Made by a program: the position numbers and the translations under genes | The notes under the pieces: model-generated | What the model was told of the DNA's origin: nothing | Seen by the model: the letters and a program-made list of their open reading frames with translations, nothing else | Database searches by the model: none | Assembly (NCBI GenBank): GCA_903907925.1 | Contig: CAIVQB010000073.1 | Location: forward strand, 2,780 to 66,779 | Direction: 5' to 3' | DNA: 64,000 nucleotides | From: an uncultured Verrucomicrobiota bacterium | Lineage (GTDB): Bacteria > Verrucomicrobiota > Verrucomicrobiia > Limisphaerales > UBA9464 | Shown: in pieces, positions 49,569 to 58,559 of the stretch | How positions within the stretch are numbered: the first letter of the stretch is position 1 | Layout: every line of letters begins with the position of its first letter

Positions 49569-50362
49569 ACCGCCACCGGGGCCTTGATGGCCGGATGTGG
49601 ATCGTAGCCGGTCAGTTCAAAATCCTCGAAACGGAACTGATGGATGTCGGTGATGGCAGGATTGAGTTTCATGACCGGCAGGGCCTTGGGAACACGGCCC
49701 AACTGGAGCTTCACCTGATCGGCGTGATTCGAATAGACGTGGACATCGCCGAAGGTGTGGATGAAGTCGCCGGGCTTGAGGCCAGTCACCTGGGCCACCA
49801 TCAAGGTGAGTAGGGCGTAGCTGGCGATGTTGAACGGAACGCCCAGGAAAAGATCGGCGCTGCGCTGATACAACTGGCAGCTCAATTCACCGTCGCTGAC
49901 ATAGAATTGGAAGAGTGAGTGACAGGGCGGCAGGGCCATCGACTCCACCTCACCGGGATTCCACGCGGTGACGATGAGCCGCCGTGAATCGGGATTCTTC
50001 CGGATCTGGGCGATCACCTGGTCGAGTTGATGAATGCTGCGTCCGTCGGCCGTTCGCCAGTCGCACCATTGCGCTCCGTAGACACGTCCGAGATCGCCGG
50101 TCGTTGGATCGGCCCAATCATTCCAGATGGAGACCCCGTTTTCCTGGAGCCAGCGGACATTGGTGTCGCCGCGGATGAACCAGAGCAGTTCGTAGATGAT
50201 CGACTTGAGATGAACCTTCTTGGTGGTGACCAGCGGAAACCCGTCCGCCAGACGATACCGGGTCTGCGCGCCAAACTGGGACAACGTACCGGTCCCGGTG
50301 CGATCCGCCTTGAACCGACCGTGTTCGAGGACCTGGCGGAGGAGGTCGAGATAAGGTTGCAT
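49565..50362 (-). CDS. thyA: Thymidylate synthase
   Basis: [38 protein letters not shown]...[11 protein letters not shown]...[15 protein letters not shown]. The protein is full length at 265 aa. Confidence 0.97.
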   Translation of the reverse strand: MQPYLDLLRQVLEHGRFKADRTGTGTLSQFGAQTRYRLADGFPLVTTKKVHLKSIIYELLWFIRGDTNVRWLQENGVSIWNDWADPTTGDLGRVYGAQWCDWRTADGRSIHQLDQVIAQIRKNPDSRRLIVTAWNPGEVESMALPPCHSLFQFYVSDGELSCQLYQRSADLFLGVPFNIASYALLTLMVAQVTGLKPGDFIHTFGDVHVYSNHADQVKLQLGRVPKALPVMKLNPAITDIHQFRFEDFELTGYDPHPAIKAPVAV

Positions 50363-50451
50363 CGATGAAAGCGCGGTCGGGGCCGGATCCTAGCCGGACA
50401 AGACGGGGCGGCAAGCCAGCGGAGGCGGCCGACTACAAAAATCGGAACGGA

Positions 50452-51717
50452 TCAGGAAACGGTCAGGTAGATGGCCTTGAGGTACCGGGCTTCCGGAATC
50501 CGGGCGGGATGATCGACGGGATGACCCGATGTCTCCAGTTCCGTCCAGCGGCGCTGGCTCGATTGAGCGGATTCCCGCACCACCGCGAAGAATTCGTCGG
50601 CACTGACGTGCGCGCTGCAGGACGCCGAAACCAAGATGCCGCCGGGGCGGACCCGCTGGATCGCCGACGTGGCCAGCCGTCCGTAAGCCTGGATGGCCCG
50701 TTCGCGTTCCACTTCCTTCTTCGCCAGCGACGGTGGATCCACGATGACCACATCGAATTGACGCGCCGGCGCCTCCGCCAGCCAGCCGAAGGCATCGCCT
50801 TGAATCTGCTCGTGATGACACGCGGCGACCGTTGGATGATCGACGTTGAGCTCGAAATTCCTGCGGCCGGATTCGAGTGCGTGAGCGGAAAGATCGAGAT
50901 CGAGAACTGAACGCGCTCCGGCCCGCGCGGCGTAAAGACTGAAGCCGCCGGAAAAACTAAAGGCATTGAGAACCTCACGACCTTCGGAAAAAGCGGCGAC
51001 GCGGCGACGGTTCTCCCGTTGATCGAGAAAGAATCCGGTCTTCTGGCCCAGAACCACATCCGCTTCAAAGCGAAGACCTGTCTCGTGAAACACGACCCGC
51101 CCGGAGGACTCGGTCGCCGCAGTCACCGGAACAGCGCCAGGTCGCGGCAATACCGTGCCACCTGGCAAGCCCATCCGGCGTGCTTCGTCCTCTATGTTCC
51201 GGCTGACCCGAAACACCAGCGCCGCGGGTTGAAGGACCTCATGCAGCATCGCGCCGATCATTCGGACGTGGGGCAGCCACGCGGCTGAGTATACCTTCAG
51301 CACCAGATGATCGGCATACCGGTCGAGGACCAGTCCCGGCCAACCGTCGCTCTCGCCGTTGATCCACCGGAATCCGTCGGTGTCCGGTCCGATCGCCTCC
51401 GGTGTTCGAAGCGCGAGGCTGTCGTTCAGGCGGGCGCGCCACCACGCGACATCCAGCGTGACCGGTTTGCCGGTGTGGAGAATTCTGACGCGGATAGGCG
51501 AGATCGGATCATAGAGACCGATCGCCAGGAACCGGTCGTTTCGATCATACAGAATCGCCAGTTCACCTGCGGTTCCCTCGCGGTTTTGATCGCGAATGGA
51601 ATCCGAGAAAACCCAGGGGTGCCTGCCGCGTACAATCGATTCGGCGGTGGGACTGACGCGCAGGCGCAGCCGGGGAACAGAACGGGGAGCGTCTTCCATC
51701 GGACGTGATACTGGCAT
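50452..51717 (-). CDS. RlmI/RlmK-like class I SAM-dependent rRNA (m5C) methyltransferase with an N-terminal PUA-like domain
   Basis: [49 protein letters not shown] and [10 protein letters not shown] are present. Confidence 0.8.
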   Translation of the reverse strand: MPVSRPMEDAPRSVPRLRLRVSPTAESIVRGRHPWVFSDSIRDQNREGTAGELAILYDRNDRFLAIGLYDPISPIRVRILHTGKPVTLDVAWWRARLNDSLALRTPEAIGPDTDGFRWINGESDGWPGLVLDRYADHLVLKVYSAAWLPHVRMIGAMLHEVLQPAALVFRVSRNIEDEARRMGLPGGTVLPRPGAVPVTAATESSGRVVFHETGLRFEADVVLGQKTGFFLDQRENRRRVAAFSEGREVLNAFSFSGGFSLYAARAGARSVLDLDLSAHALESGRRNFELNVDHPTVAACHHEQIQGDAFGWLAEAPARQFDVVIVDPPSLAKKEVERERAIQAYGRLATSAIQRVRPGGILVSASCSAHVSADEFFAVVRESAQSSQRRWTELETSGHPVDHPARIPEARYLKAIYLTVS

Positions 51718-51879
51718 GATCCCGGATCGCGTACCAGTCAGGGAAAACCGCGTTCATCCACGTCGTTTCGAGCCCGAAAGATCGACACGGATTGCGCCAA
51801 TTGCCACGGATTCGAGAATGGTGAAAACGAAGTCGAGCGTAGAATCGACTCCACGCCCGCGCCATTCCTGGACCGCTGG

Positions 51880-53370
51880 CTACAGGATGTTGGCTGCGAG
51901 TTCTGCGAGTTCGCTGCGTTCGCCGCGCGAGAGTTCGACGTGGGCGGCGATCGCCTGATCCCGGAAGCGGTTGACCACGTAGATGAAGCCGTTGGAGGCG
52001 GCGTCGACGTAGGGATTGTCGATCTGATAGGGATCGCCGGTAAGGACGATTTTTGCCCCATGACCGACCCGGGTCAGAATCGTTTTGGCCTCCAGCGGGG
52101 TGAGGTTCTGCGCTTCATCGACGATCACGAATTGATTCGCGATGCTGCGTCCGCGGATGTAGCTCAACGCCTCGACCACGATGGTTCCGCTGCGCAGAAG
52201 ATCGGCACTGCGGCCGCCATCACGGCCCATGTTCATGTCGCCCAACATTTCGAGGGCGTCGTGAATGGGCTGCATCCACGGGCCGAGTTTCTCTTCCAAT
52301 GATCCCGGCAGAAAGCCGAGTTCCTTGCCCATGGAAATGGTGGGGCGGGCCACCACCAGACGCCGGAATTCGCGGTCGCTCACCGTCCGCTTGAGGCCGG
52401 CCGCGAGGGCCAGCAGTGTCTTCCCGGTGCCCGCCTTGCCCATCAACGTCACCAGCTTGATCCGCTCGTCGAGGAGGGCATCGAGGGCGAAGTGCTGTTC
52501 CTTGTTCCGGGGCTTGATGCCCCAGATATTCTGGCAGTCATGCAGCGGAACAATCTGTTTTCCGGTGGAATCCACCCGGCCCAGCATCGTCCGCTTCGGT
52601 TCGGTATCACCGATGACAGTGCAGTATTCATTCGGCGAACGCTTCGGTCCCGATGGCAGCGGGAGAACACCGGCCGACCGGAATTCGCTGAGCTTCGCCG
52701 CAGAACCCGGCAGGTCGAACATCCCGGTGTAGAGATCCTGGAGATTCACGCGGTCGGTCTCGTAGTCCTCCGCCGGCAACCCGTAGACATCGGCCTTCAA
52801 ACGCAGATTGATGTCCTTGGTGACCAAAAGCGTCGGCGTCTTTGGGTCGGCTTTTCGCACTGCCAGCGCCAGGGCCAGGATTCGATTGTCCACCGATCCC
52901 GGCAGCGCTGATCCGTGGTTGCCGACGATGGACGCGTCGAGGCCGAGCTGCTGTCCGAAGATGATCCGGAGGCGTCCGCCGTTCTCCAGTGGAACACCGT
53001 CGCTCAAGGAGCCGTGCTTCCGAAGCTGATCGAGAATTCGTGAAATCGACCGGGCGTTTTGACCGCGCTCCGAGGTCTCGCGCTTGAACTTGTCGATCTC
53101 CTCCAGCACCTCAATCGGGAGGAGGACGTTGTTGTCCTTGAAGCTAAAGACCGCGTCCGGGTCGTGAATGAGAACGTTCGTGTCGAGAACGTAGTTCTTG
53201 ACCTTGGCGGTCGCCGCGACGGCGGCACGGGTGGATTTGCGGGGTTTGGCCGTCACTGAAGAAAGAACGGCGCCGGTCGAGTCCAGCACGTTGTCGAGCA
53301 CGGGGTAACGGTTACCAAGGATGCGATATCCGACAAGTTGATTTCGGTGACAATTGTAAAAAACCACCAC
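51880..53370 (-). CDS. PIN-domain plus PhoH-like ATPase (YlaK-type)
   Basis: The PIN domain reads NYVLDTNVLIHDP...LPIEVLEEIDKFK. The P-loop reads LMGKAGTGKTLLALAAG, and the PhoH C-terminus reads KIVLTGDPYQID. A GTG at 53256 is a possible alternative start. Confidence 0.85.
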   Translation of the reverse strand: MVVFYNCHRNQLVGYRILGNRYPVLDNVLDSTGAVLSSVTAKPRKSTRAAVAATAKVKNYVLDTNVLIHDPDAVFSFKDNNVLLPIEVLEEIDKFKRETSERGQNARSISRILDQLRKHGSLSDGVPLENGGRLRIIFGQQLGLDASIVGNHGSALPGSVDNRILALALAVRKADPKTPTLLVTKDINLRLKADVYGLPAEDYETDRVNLQDLYTGMFDLPGSAAKLSEFRSAGVLPLPSGPKRSPNEYCTVIGDTEPKRTMLGRVDSTGKQIVPLHDCQNIWGIKPRNKEQHFALDALLDERIKLVTLMGKAGTGKTLLALAAGLKRTVSDREFRRLVVARPTISMGKELGFLPGSLEEKLGPWMQPIHDALEMLGDMNMGRDGGRSADLLRSGTIVVEALSYIRGRSIANQFVIVDEAQNLTPLEAKTILTRVGHGAKIVLTGDPYQIDNPYVDAASNGFIYVVNRFRDQAIAAHVELSRGERSELAELAANIL

Positions 53371-53596
53371 AGCTGGGGGTGTGACCGTCTCGTCACCCCA
53401 ACTGAATGGGGTGAGTCCTTCAGACGGGATGATTCAAAAGAAGACGGAGAAGGAGACGGAATGGACAGAATGAACGGAATTGGGACGGCGCTTTGGGGAC
53501 CGTGATCATTCGAAAATCGGTGTCCAAATTTCCGCCGCTCCCGGTGAAGCGATGTCCCGTCTTCGAGGTGGCCATCGTGGCGGCAACCGTGTGGAT

Positions 53597-54517
53597 TCAT
53601 CTTCGGTGATCGTCGGAGACTTGGGACGCATCTTGCGAAGGCGAAGCACCTGTCGGCGCGACCGGTCGTGACAGTGGAGGTGGCGCGTTGAGCTTCAAAT
53701 ACAGCCACTTTTCCACCGGGCGAAGCGGTCCCAGCCACGGGTAGATGGGCGAATAAAGCAGGCGAAGCCGAATCAGCGACAGCAGCATGTTCAGCGAGGT
53801 GCGGAAGTTGAACACCACGTGCGATCCAGTCTGATCGTTCCATACGGTGGCGACCTCCTCGATCCTGAAGCCAGCCCGTTTCAGCGAATAGAGCAGATTG
53901 ACGTCGAACGCCAAGTCCGCGAGGCGGAGTTGTCCGTGGACCACTTCGATGGCCTGACGGCGAAAAACCTTGGCACCGCACTGGGTGTCGCGAATCCCCA
54001 TCCAGAAGAATCCCTCCACAAACAGATGGAAAAGCCGGCTCGCGATGCGTCGTTTCTCGGGCTGGGCATGGGTGATCTTCGCCCCGGAAATCCACCGGGA
54101 GGCGATGACGCAATCGGCATTTCGGGTGACCGCATGCGAAACGAGATCGAGAAACGCCTCCGGGGGCGTGGCACCGTCAGCGTCCACATAGCCGATGAAA
54201 TCGGCAAGGGGGGCGAGCTTGAGGCCCTCGATCAATGCACCACCCTTTCCGATGGGCGCAGCGAATTCCAGGTGCGAGATGCAGGAATGGCGACGTTCGG
54301 CCGACTCGACAACGCCGAGCGTATTGTCGCGGCACCCGTTGAGGATGACGACGATTTGAATCGGGCCGGGGTAGTGGGCCTGAAGGTGGGATGCGTAACG
54401 TTCCAGCACCGGACCAATCCGGCGTTCCTCGTTGTAGGCGGGAATCAGCAGAAAGACGCTGGGGGAGGAACCGGTCACGTTTCGCGGTAGCGTCGGGTTT
54501 TCCCTCGGGGCCTTCAA
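53597..54517 (-). CDS. Family 2 glycosyltransferase (polyprenyl-phosphate sugar transferase type)
   Basis: VFLLIPAYNEERRIGPVL, IVVILNGCRDNT and YVDADGATPP are present. Confidence 0.85.
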   Translation of the reverse strand: MKAPRENPTLPRNVTGSSPSVFLLIPAYNEERRIGPVLERYASHLQAHYPGPIQIVVILNGCRDNTLGVVESAERRHSCISHLEFAAPIGKGGALIEGLKLAPLADFIGYVDADGATPPEAFLDLVSHAVTRNADCVIASRWISGAKITHAQPEKRRIASRLFHLFVEGFFWMGIRDTQCGAKVFRRQAIEVVHGQLRLADLAFDVNLLYSLKRAGFRIEEVATVWNDQTGSHVVFNFRTSLNMLLSLIRLRLLYSPIYPWLGPLRPVEKWLYLKLNAPPPLSRPVAPTGASPSQDASQVSDDHRR

Positions 54518-54602
54518 GCGCCGCGGAAGGGGGGTGTTTCAGAAACTCACCAGCCACCTTGGCTCTTGAACCCCGGCAGGCCGCCGCTACCGTCGGCTCG
54601 AA

Positions 54603-55601
54603 ATGAACTGGAAGCGCTCGTTCCTGGCCCTGTGGCTCACTTTTTCGCTGGGACCGCTGGGACAATCCGCCCGGGCGGTTGAACTGCTCAATGGCCTGGC
54701 GGCGATCGTCAACGACGCGGTCATCACCGTGGACGACGTCGAACTCTACACCCGCCGGGCGGTGGAGGGTGCCGCGCGCCAGTTGTTGCCCCTCGGGAAG
54801 GAGGCCGAATTTGAACGCCGCCGCCAGACGCTGATGCGCGACGGACTCGAGCAGTTGATCGAACGCGAGTTGATCCTCCATGAGTTCAAGACCGCCGGGT
54901 ACAACCTGCCGGAGTCGATCATCGATGACGTGGTCGCCGCGCGGGTGAAGGAGGAATTCGGCGATCGCCTGACGCTGACCAAGACGCTTCACCTCCGGAA
55001 CCAGACCTACGAAAGCTTCCGAAAAGACGAGCGGGACGCCTTCATCGTCGCCCAGATGACGATCAAGAACATCAATCAAAACCTCTTCGTGTCCCCGAAG
55101 AAGATTGAGCGTTATTACACCGAAAACGAGGAACGCTACCGGATTGGCGATCGGGCAAAGGTGCGAATGATCCTGATCGACAAGAGCCGTCACGCGGTGG
55201 GCGAGCCAAAAAAGCTGGCGGATTCCATCCGGGAAAGAGCGGCCAAAGGTGAGGATTTCGGGAAGTTGGCCGATGAATTCTCCGATGACGCACGCCGCTT
55301 CAAGGGCGGTCTTCGTGGCGACCAGGGCTGGGTGGAAAACAAAGACAGCGACCTGCGGAAGGAACTGCGCGATTTCGCGTTTGCGGCCAAGGAGGGCGAC
55401 CTCAGCCCGGTGATTGAAACCGAGGGCGCCGTGTTTCTGGTCAAGGTGGAGGGCCGCGAAGCCGCCCGCGTCCGCCCGCTCGCCGAGGTCCGGGGTGACG
55501 TCGAATCCACGCTGAAATCAGTCGAACGCGAACGTCTGCGCAAGCAATGGATCGCCCGATTGCGAACCAAAGCGTTCGTCCGGTTTCCGGGACAAGGCTG
55601 A
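54603..55601 (+). CDS. Periplasmic SurA-like chaperone / PpiC-type peptidyl-prolyl isomerase
   Basis: It has a signal peptide, a SurA_N-like LLNGLAAIVNDAVITVDDVE, and a rotamase region VRMILIDK...DFGKLADEFSDD...GDQGWV. Confidence 0.85.
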   Translation: MNWKRSFLALWLTFSLGPLGQSARAVELLNGLAAIVNDAVITVDDVELYTRRAVEGAARQLLPLGKEAEFERRRQTLMRDGLEQLIERELILHEFKTAGYNLPESIIDDVVAARVKEEFGDRLTLTKTLHLRNQTYESFRKDERDAFIVAQMTIKNINQNLFVSPKKIERYYTENEERYRIGDRAKVRMILIDKSRHAVGEPKKLADSIRERAAKGEDFGKLADEFSDDARRFKGGLRGDQGWVENKDSDLRKELRDFAFAAKEGDLSPVIETEGAVFLVKVEGREAARVRPLAEVRGDVESTLKSVERERLRKQWIARLRTKAFVRFPGQG

Positions 55602-55722
55602 CCCAGCGGGGGAACCCACCGCACTACACGCTGCATCGCAGTCTGCCGAATCGCTGGACATCAGCGCCGGCAGAAACTCTGGAAGTCCGGTACGTGACCG
55701 TTCCTCGCTGACCGGCTCCCGA

Positions 55723-56139
55723 TCAGGCCTCGATTTCTTCAGGTCGGAAAAACCGGCGCACTTCGAGTTCCGCATTCTCCACGGAGTCCGAGGCATGGGC
55801 AATGTTGCGCATGCTATCCGTGCCGAGATCACCGCGAATCGTACCCTTCGGTGCCTTGCGCGAATCGGTGGGTCCGAGGAGTTGACGCACTTCGGCGACG
55901 GCGTTGGAGCCGGTCAGGATCACTGCGAGTACGGGACGCGACCGCATGAACTCGACGATTTCCGGAAAGAACGGGCGATCCTTGATGTGGCTGTAGTGTT
56001 CGGCCAGCAACTCAGGTGTGAGACGCAAGGTCTTCGCCGAACTGATCCGAAGACCGGCGGCCTCGAAACGCGCGAGGACGGTTCCGATCAGGTTTTTGTC
56101 GACACAGTCCGGCTTGCAGAGAATGAGAGTACGTTCCAT
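55723..56139 (-). CDS. ndk: Nucleoside-diphosphate kinase
   Basis: MERTLILCKPDCVDKNLIGTVLARFEAAGLRI...TIRGDLG...NIAHASDS, with the catalytic His context NIAHAS. Confidence 0.95.
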   Translation of the reverse strand: MERTLILCKPDCVDKNLIGTVLARFEAAGLRISSAKTLRLTPELLAEHYSHIKDRPFFPEIVEFMRSRPVLAVILTGSNAVAEVRQLLGPTDSRKAPKGTIRGDLGTDSMRNIAHASDSVENAELEVRRFFRPEEIEA

Positions 56140-56182
56140 CTGGAACGGGAGACGTGCCACAGCGAGGCTTCCAGGTAAAGCC

Positions 56183-56695
56183 TCAGTTCCCGGAAATCTG
56201 ATGCCGCAGAAGAAGATTCAGGGAGAAAAGTGCGATCATCGTCAGGCAGGAGGCGATTTTTCCAACGGTGCCCGCGATCAGTCCCAGAGCGGCTCCCAAT
56301 CCCGCCTTGCCGGCCTCGCCCAACTGCCGACCGCCCAGCAATTCACCGATGGTTGCTCCCAGAAGCGGGCACAGAATCAGACCAAACGGCGGCAACACGA
56401 AGAGCCCGACGACCGCTCCGAAACCGGCTCCCACCATGCCCCGCCAGGTCGCGCCGAGCTTGCGGGCACCCAACGTGGTGGCGGCAAAATCGAAGGCGAA
56501 CGAGATGACCGCGAGGAGCCCCAATACCACGACGACCCACACCGCGACGCTCCGATCCCCGAAGTACAATCGATGCAGCAGCGCAGCGACAAACACCAGC
56601 GGAGGCCCCGGCAATCCGGGCAACACCGCCCCAACCAAGCCGACCAGCATCAGCAGCAAGGTCAGGATAAAACCGGTGATCTCTGCTGCAGTCAT
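56183..56695 (-). CDS. DUF456 family integral membrane protein
   Basis: The 170-aa glycine-rich polytopic protein has LPGLPGPPLVF and a repeated GxxxG-rich organisation typical of DUF456. Confidence 0.8.
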   Translation of the reverse strand: MTAAEITGFILTLLLMLVGLVGAVLPGLPGPPLVFVAALLHRLYFGDRSVAVWVVVVLGLLAVISFAFDFAATTLGARKLGATWRGMVGAGFGAVVGLFVLPPFGLILCPLLGATIGELLGGRQLGEAGKAGLGAALGLIAGTVGKIASCLTMIALFSLNLLLRHQISGN

Positions 56696-56731
56696 GGTCC
56701 ATGCAGCCCAACCTTGGGCCGAATCTGTGAC

Positions 56732-57889
56732 CTATCCGTGGGTGCACACCAAGTCCCGATCAGCGTCAATGCCCCACCGGCGGCCGACGGCTTCCAAATC
56801 CGGGGTCAATCCCCACTGATCGGCGACGGGAGGAGCGGTGTGAGCCCGGCTGGCTCCCTTCAAATGCATGCAACCGCGGTTGTCACCGATCTTTCCAATC
56901 CATTCAATTTCAGACTCCGATAACGTTACCGATGGAAGCGAAGCCAGTTCATCGACCTTCGCCTCTATGGACTTGGCCGTGGCACCGACTTCCTGAATCA
57001 ACGTCGGCACCACCGACTTCACCCCCGGTTGGCTCAGGTTCCAAGTGCAGGCCAATTGAAGCAGGGTCAAACCATGGCGATCGGCAATCTCACGGACTTG
57101 ATCCAGCTTTTGGTTTCCAGCATCCACCCAGTTGCCGGGTCGAAAGGTTCGATGATCGCCGTACCCGAACTGATGGCCCGGCTTCACGTCGTCGTGGAAA
57201 AGCCCACCATAGTCGACCACCCGGGTGATCAACCGGATGTTGTTCTGTACCGCAGCCGGCAAAAGCAACGACCCCGGCCAGGGTTCAAACGGATTGAGAA
57301 TGATCATCGCCCAATCGATCAGCGGCCCGAACCGTTCGAAGCACTGGATCAGATCGAGGGTGAAGCCATTGGCCGGCCCGGGCGCGACACCAAGCATCGA
57401 TGTAATGGATTCATCAACAAGCCGTTGCATGGCAGTCCACACTCGATCGTCTGAATACCCAATGGTGTCCGGATTATGAAGCATCAGCAGGTCGAAATGA
57501 TCTGTCCCGCAACGGGTTAAAGACTTCTCCGCTGCCATTCGGAGGTAATCCAAATAGTCGGACGGTTGGCGCAGGTCGGGATTGGTAAACCGGGGGAATC
57601 CTTTGGAGCCGTCCCGTTTGCCGGAATAGAAGTCATGGCCCACCGCACCCACGAGGCAGTAGGAGTCTCGCGGAAACCCAGCTAACGCTTTCCCCAGAAG
57701 CTCGTCCGCTTTTCCGTTACCGTAAACGTCAGCTGTAATAAAGGTGCGAATGCCTTTTTGATAGGCGCGTTGGGCCGATTCGATCCATCGGGTTTCATCG
57801 AGCGGTTCGCCGAAATGCATGAATCGGCCACCATTCCAGGTGCCGAAAGCGGTTTGTGTGACATCCATAGCCATTAGTGACGGTGACAA
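56732..57889 (-). CDS. Aldo/keto reductase family oxidoreductase
   Basis: GIRTFITADVYGNGKADELLGKAL, FDLLMLHNPD and the overall length fit the AKR family. Confidence 0.85.
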   Translation of the reverse strand: MSPSLMAMDVTQTAFGTWNGGRFMHFGEPLDETRWIESAQRAYQKGIRTFITADVYGNGKADELLGKALAGFPRDSYCLVGAVGHDFYSGKRDGSKGFPRFTNPDLRQPSDYLDYLRMAAEKSLTRCGTDHFDLLMLHNPDTIGYSDDRVWTAMQRLVDESITSMLGVAPGPANGFTLDLIQCFERFGPLIDWAMIILNPFEPWPGSLLLPAAVQNNIRLITRVVDYGGLFHDDVKPGHQFGYGDHRTFRPGNWVDAGNQKLDQVREIADRHGLTLLQLACTWNLSQPGVKSVVPTLIQEVGATAKSIEAKVDELASLPSVTLSESEIEWIGKIGDNRGCMHLKGASRAHTAPPVADQWGLTPDLEAVGRRWGIDADRDLVCTHG

Positions 57890-58033
57890 TAGAGCCTTTG
57901 CTCCTCCTGCGGCAACCCGACAGTTGGCAGGAACCCCACCAAAGTTGGCGACCAGGTCCGGAGACGGATTGCGTATAAGTTCATCAAATTCAGCATTGTC
58001 GGGCGACGCAGATCTTCGAAAGCTGGTGGGGCG

Positions 58034-58453
58034 ATGTCGACAAACGGATTAGGCAGGGGCTTGGGTTCCCTGTTGGAGCCGAAGCCCAGCCCGGCGGCCA
58101 AAGGGACAGCCGTGCGCGGAATGGGTGTCCTGATGGGAGGCGCGCCAAGCCGGGTCGGGATTGCGTTGGATTCCCGAGCCAACGGTTCCTCACCCGCCCC
58201 GTCGATGGAACGCTCGGAAAGCCTTGATCGGCTCCCGGCGCTCGACTCGACGGAATCGTCCTCCCCACTGAGCCTGCCACAGTCCGTAAGGTGGGCCTTG
58301 GTCGTAGCAGACCTCTTCCTCGTTGGAGTCGCCGGATGGATTATCCTGATGGCAGCGGGTTCGGATCACACACTCCGACTCGGTGTTGGAATGCTCTTGG
58401 TCGGGACTGCCGCAGGGCTCGGGACTCTGGCCGGGGTCGCGGGCCGTCGATAG
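58034..58453 (+). CDS. Small membrane protein carrying a ParB-type N-terminal GLGRGL..LL peptide
   Basis: MSTNGLGRGLGSLLEPKP matches the ParA-stimulating N-terminal peptide of ParB proteins. The C-terminus has two hydrophobic helices (WALVVADLFLVGVAGWIILMAAG, LGVGMLLVGTAAGLGTLAGVAG). No ParB HTH or CTPase domain is present. Confidence 0.45.
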   Translation: MSTNGLGRGLGSLLEPKPSPAAKGTAVRGMGVLMGGAPSRVGIALDSRANGSSPAPSMERSESLDRLPALDSTESSSPLSLPQSVRWALVVADLFLVGVAGWIILMAAGSDHTLRLGVGMLLVGTAAGLGTLAGVAGRR

Positions 58454-58501
58454 TGCGGGAGTTGGGTGCCGCAGTTGGAGTCGAGCGGAGGACACGCCTG
58501 A

Positions 58502-58519
58502 ATGTTCCACGTGGAACAT
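58502..58519. promoter_or_regulatory. Perfect 18-bp palindrome ATGTTCCACGTGGAACAT, 41 bp upstream of the mnmG start (candidate operator)
   Basis: Read directly from the sequence. An identical 16-nt core TGTTCCACGTGGAACA recurs at 59278-59293 inside mnmG. Confidence 0.5.
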
Positions 58520-58559
58520 CGGCTGGCGGCTTTTTCGTGGATCGGTCATCTTCGGCACG

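Noticed and set aside
58503-58518. I considered whether the palindrome TGTTCCACGTGGAACA is a Verrucomicrobia-type LexA (SOS) box.
   Set aside because: The half-sites match TGTTC/GAACA, but the spacer is 6 nt rather than the 4 nt I recall for that motif. mnmG is also not a typical SOS gene. It is kept only as a generic candidate operator.
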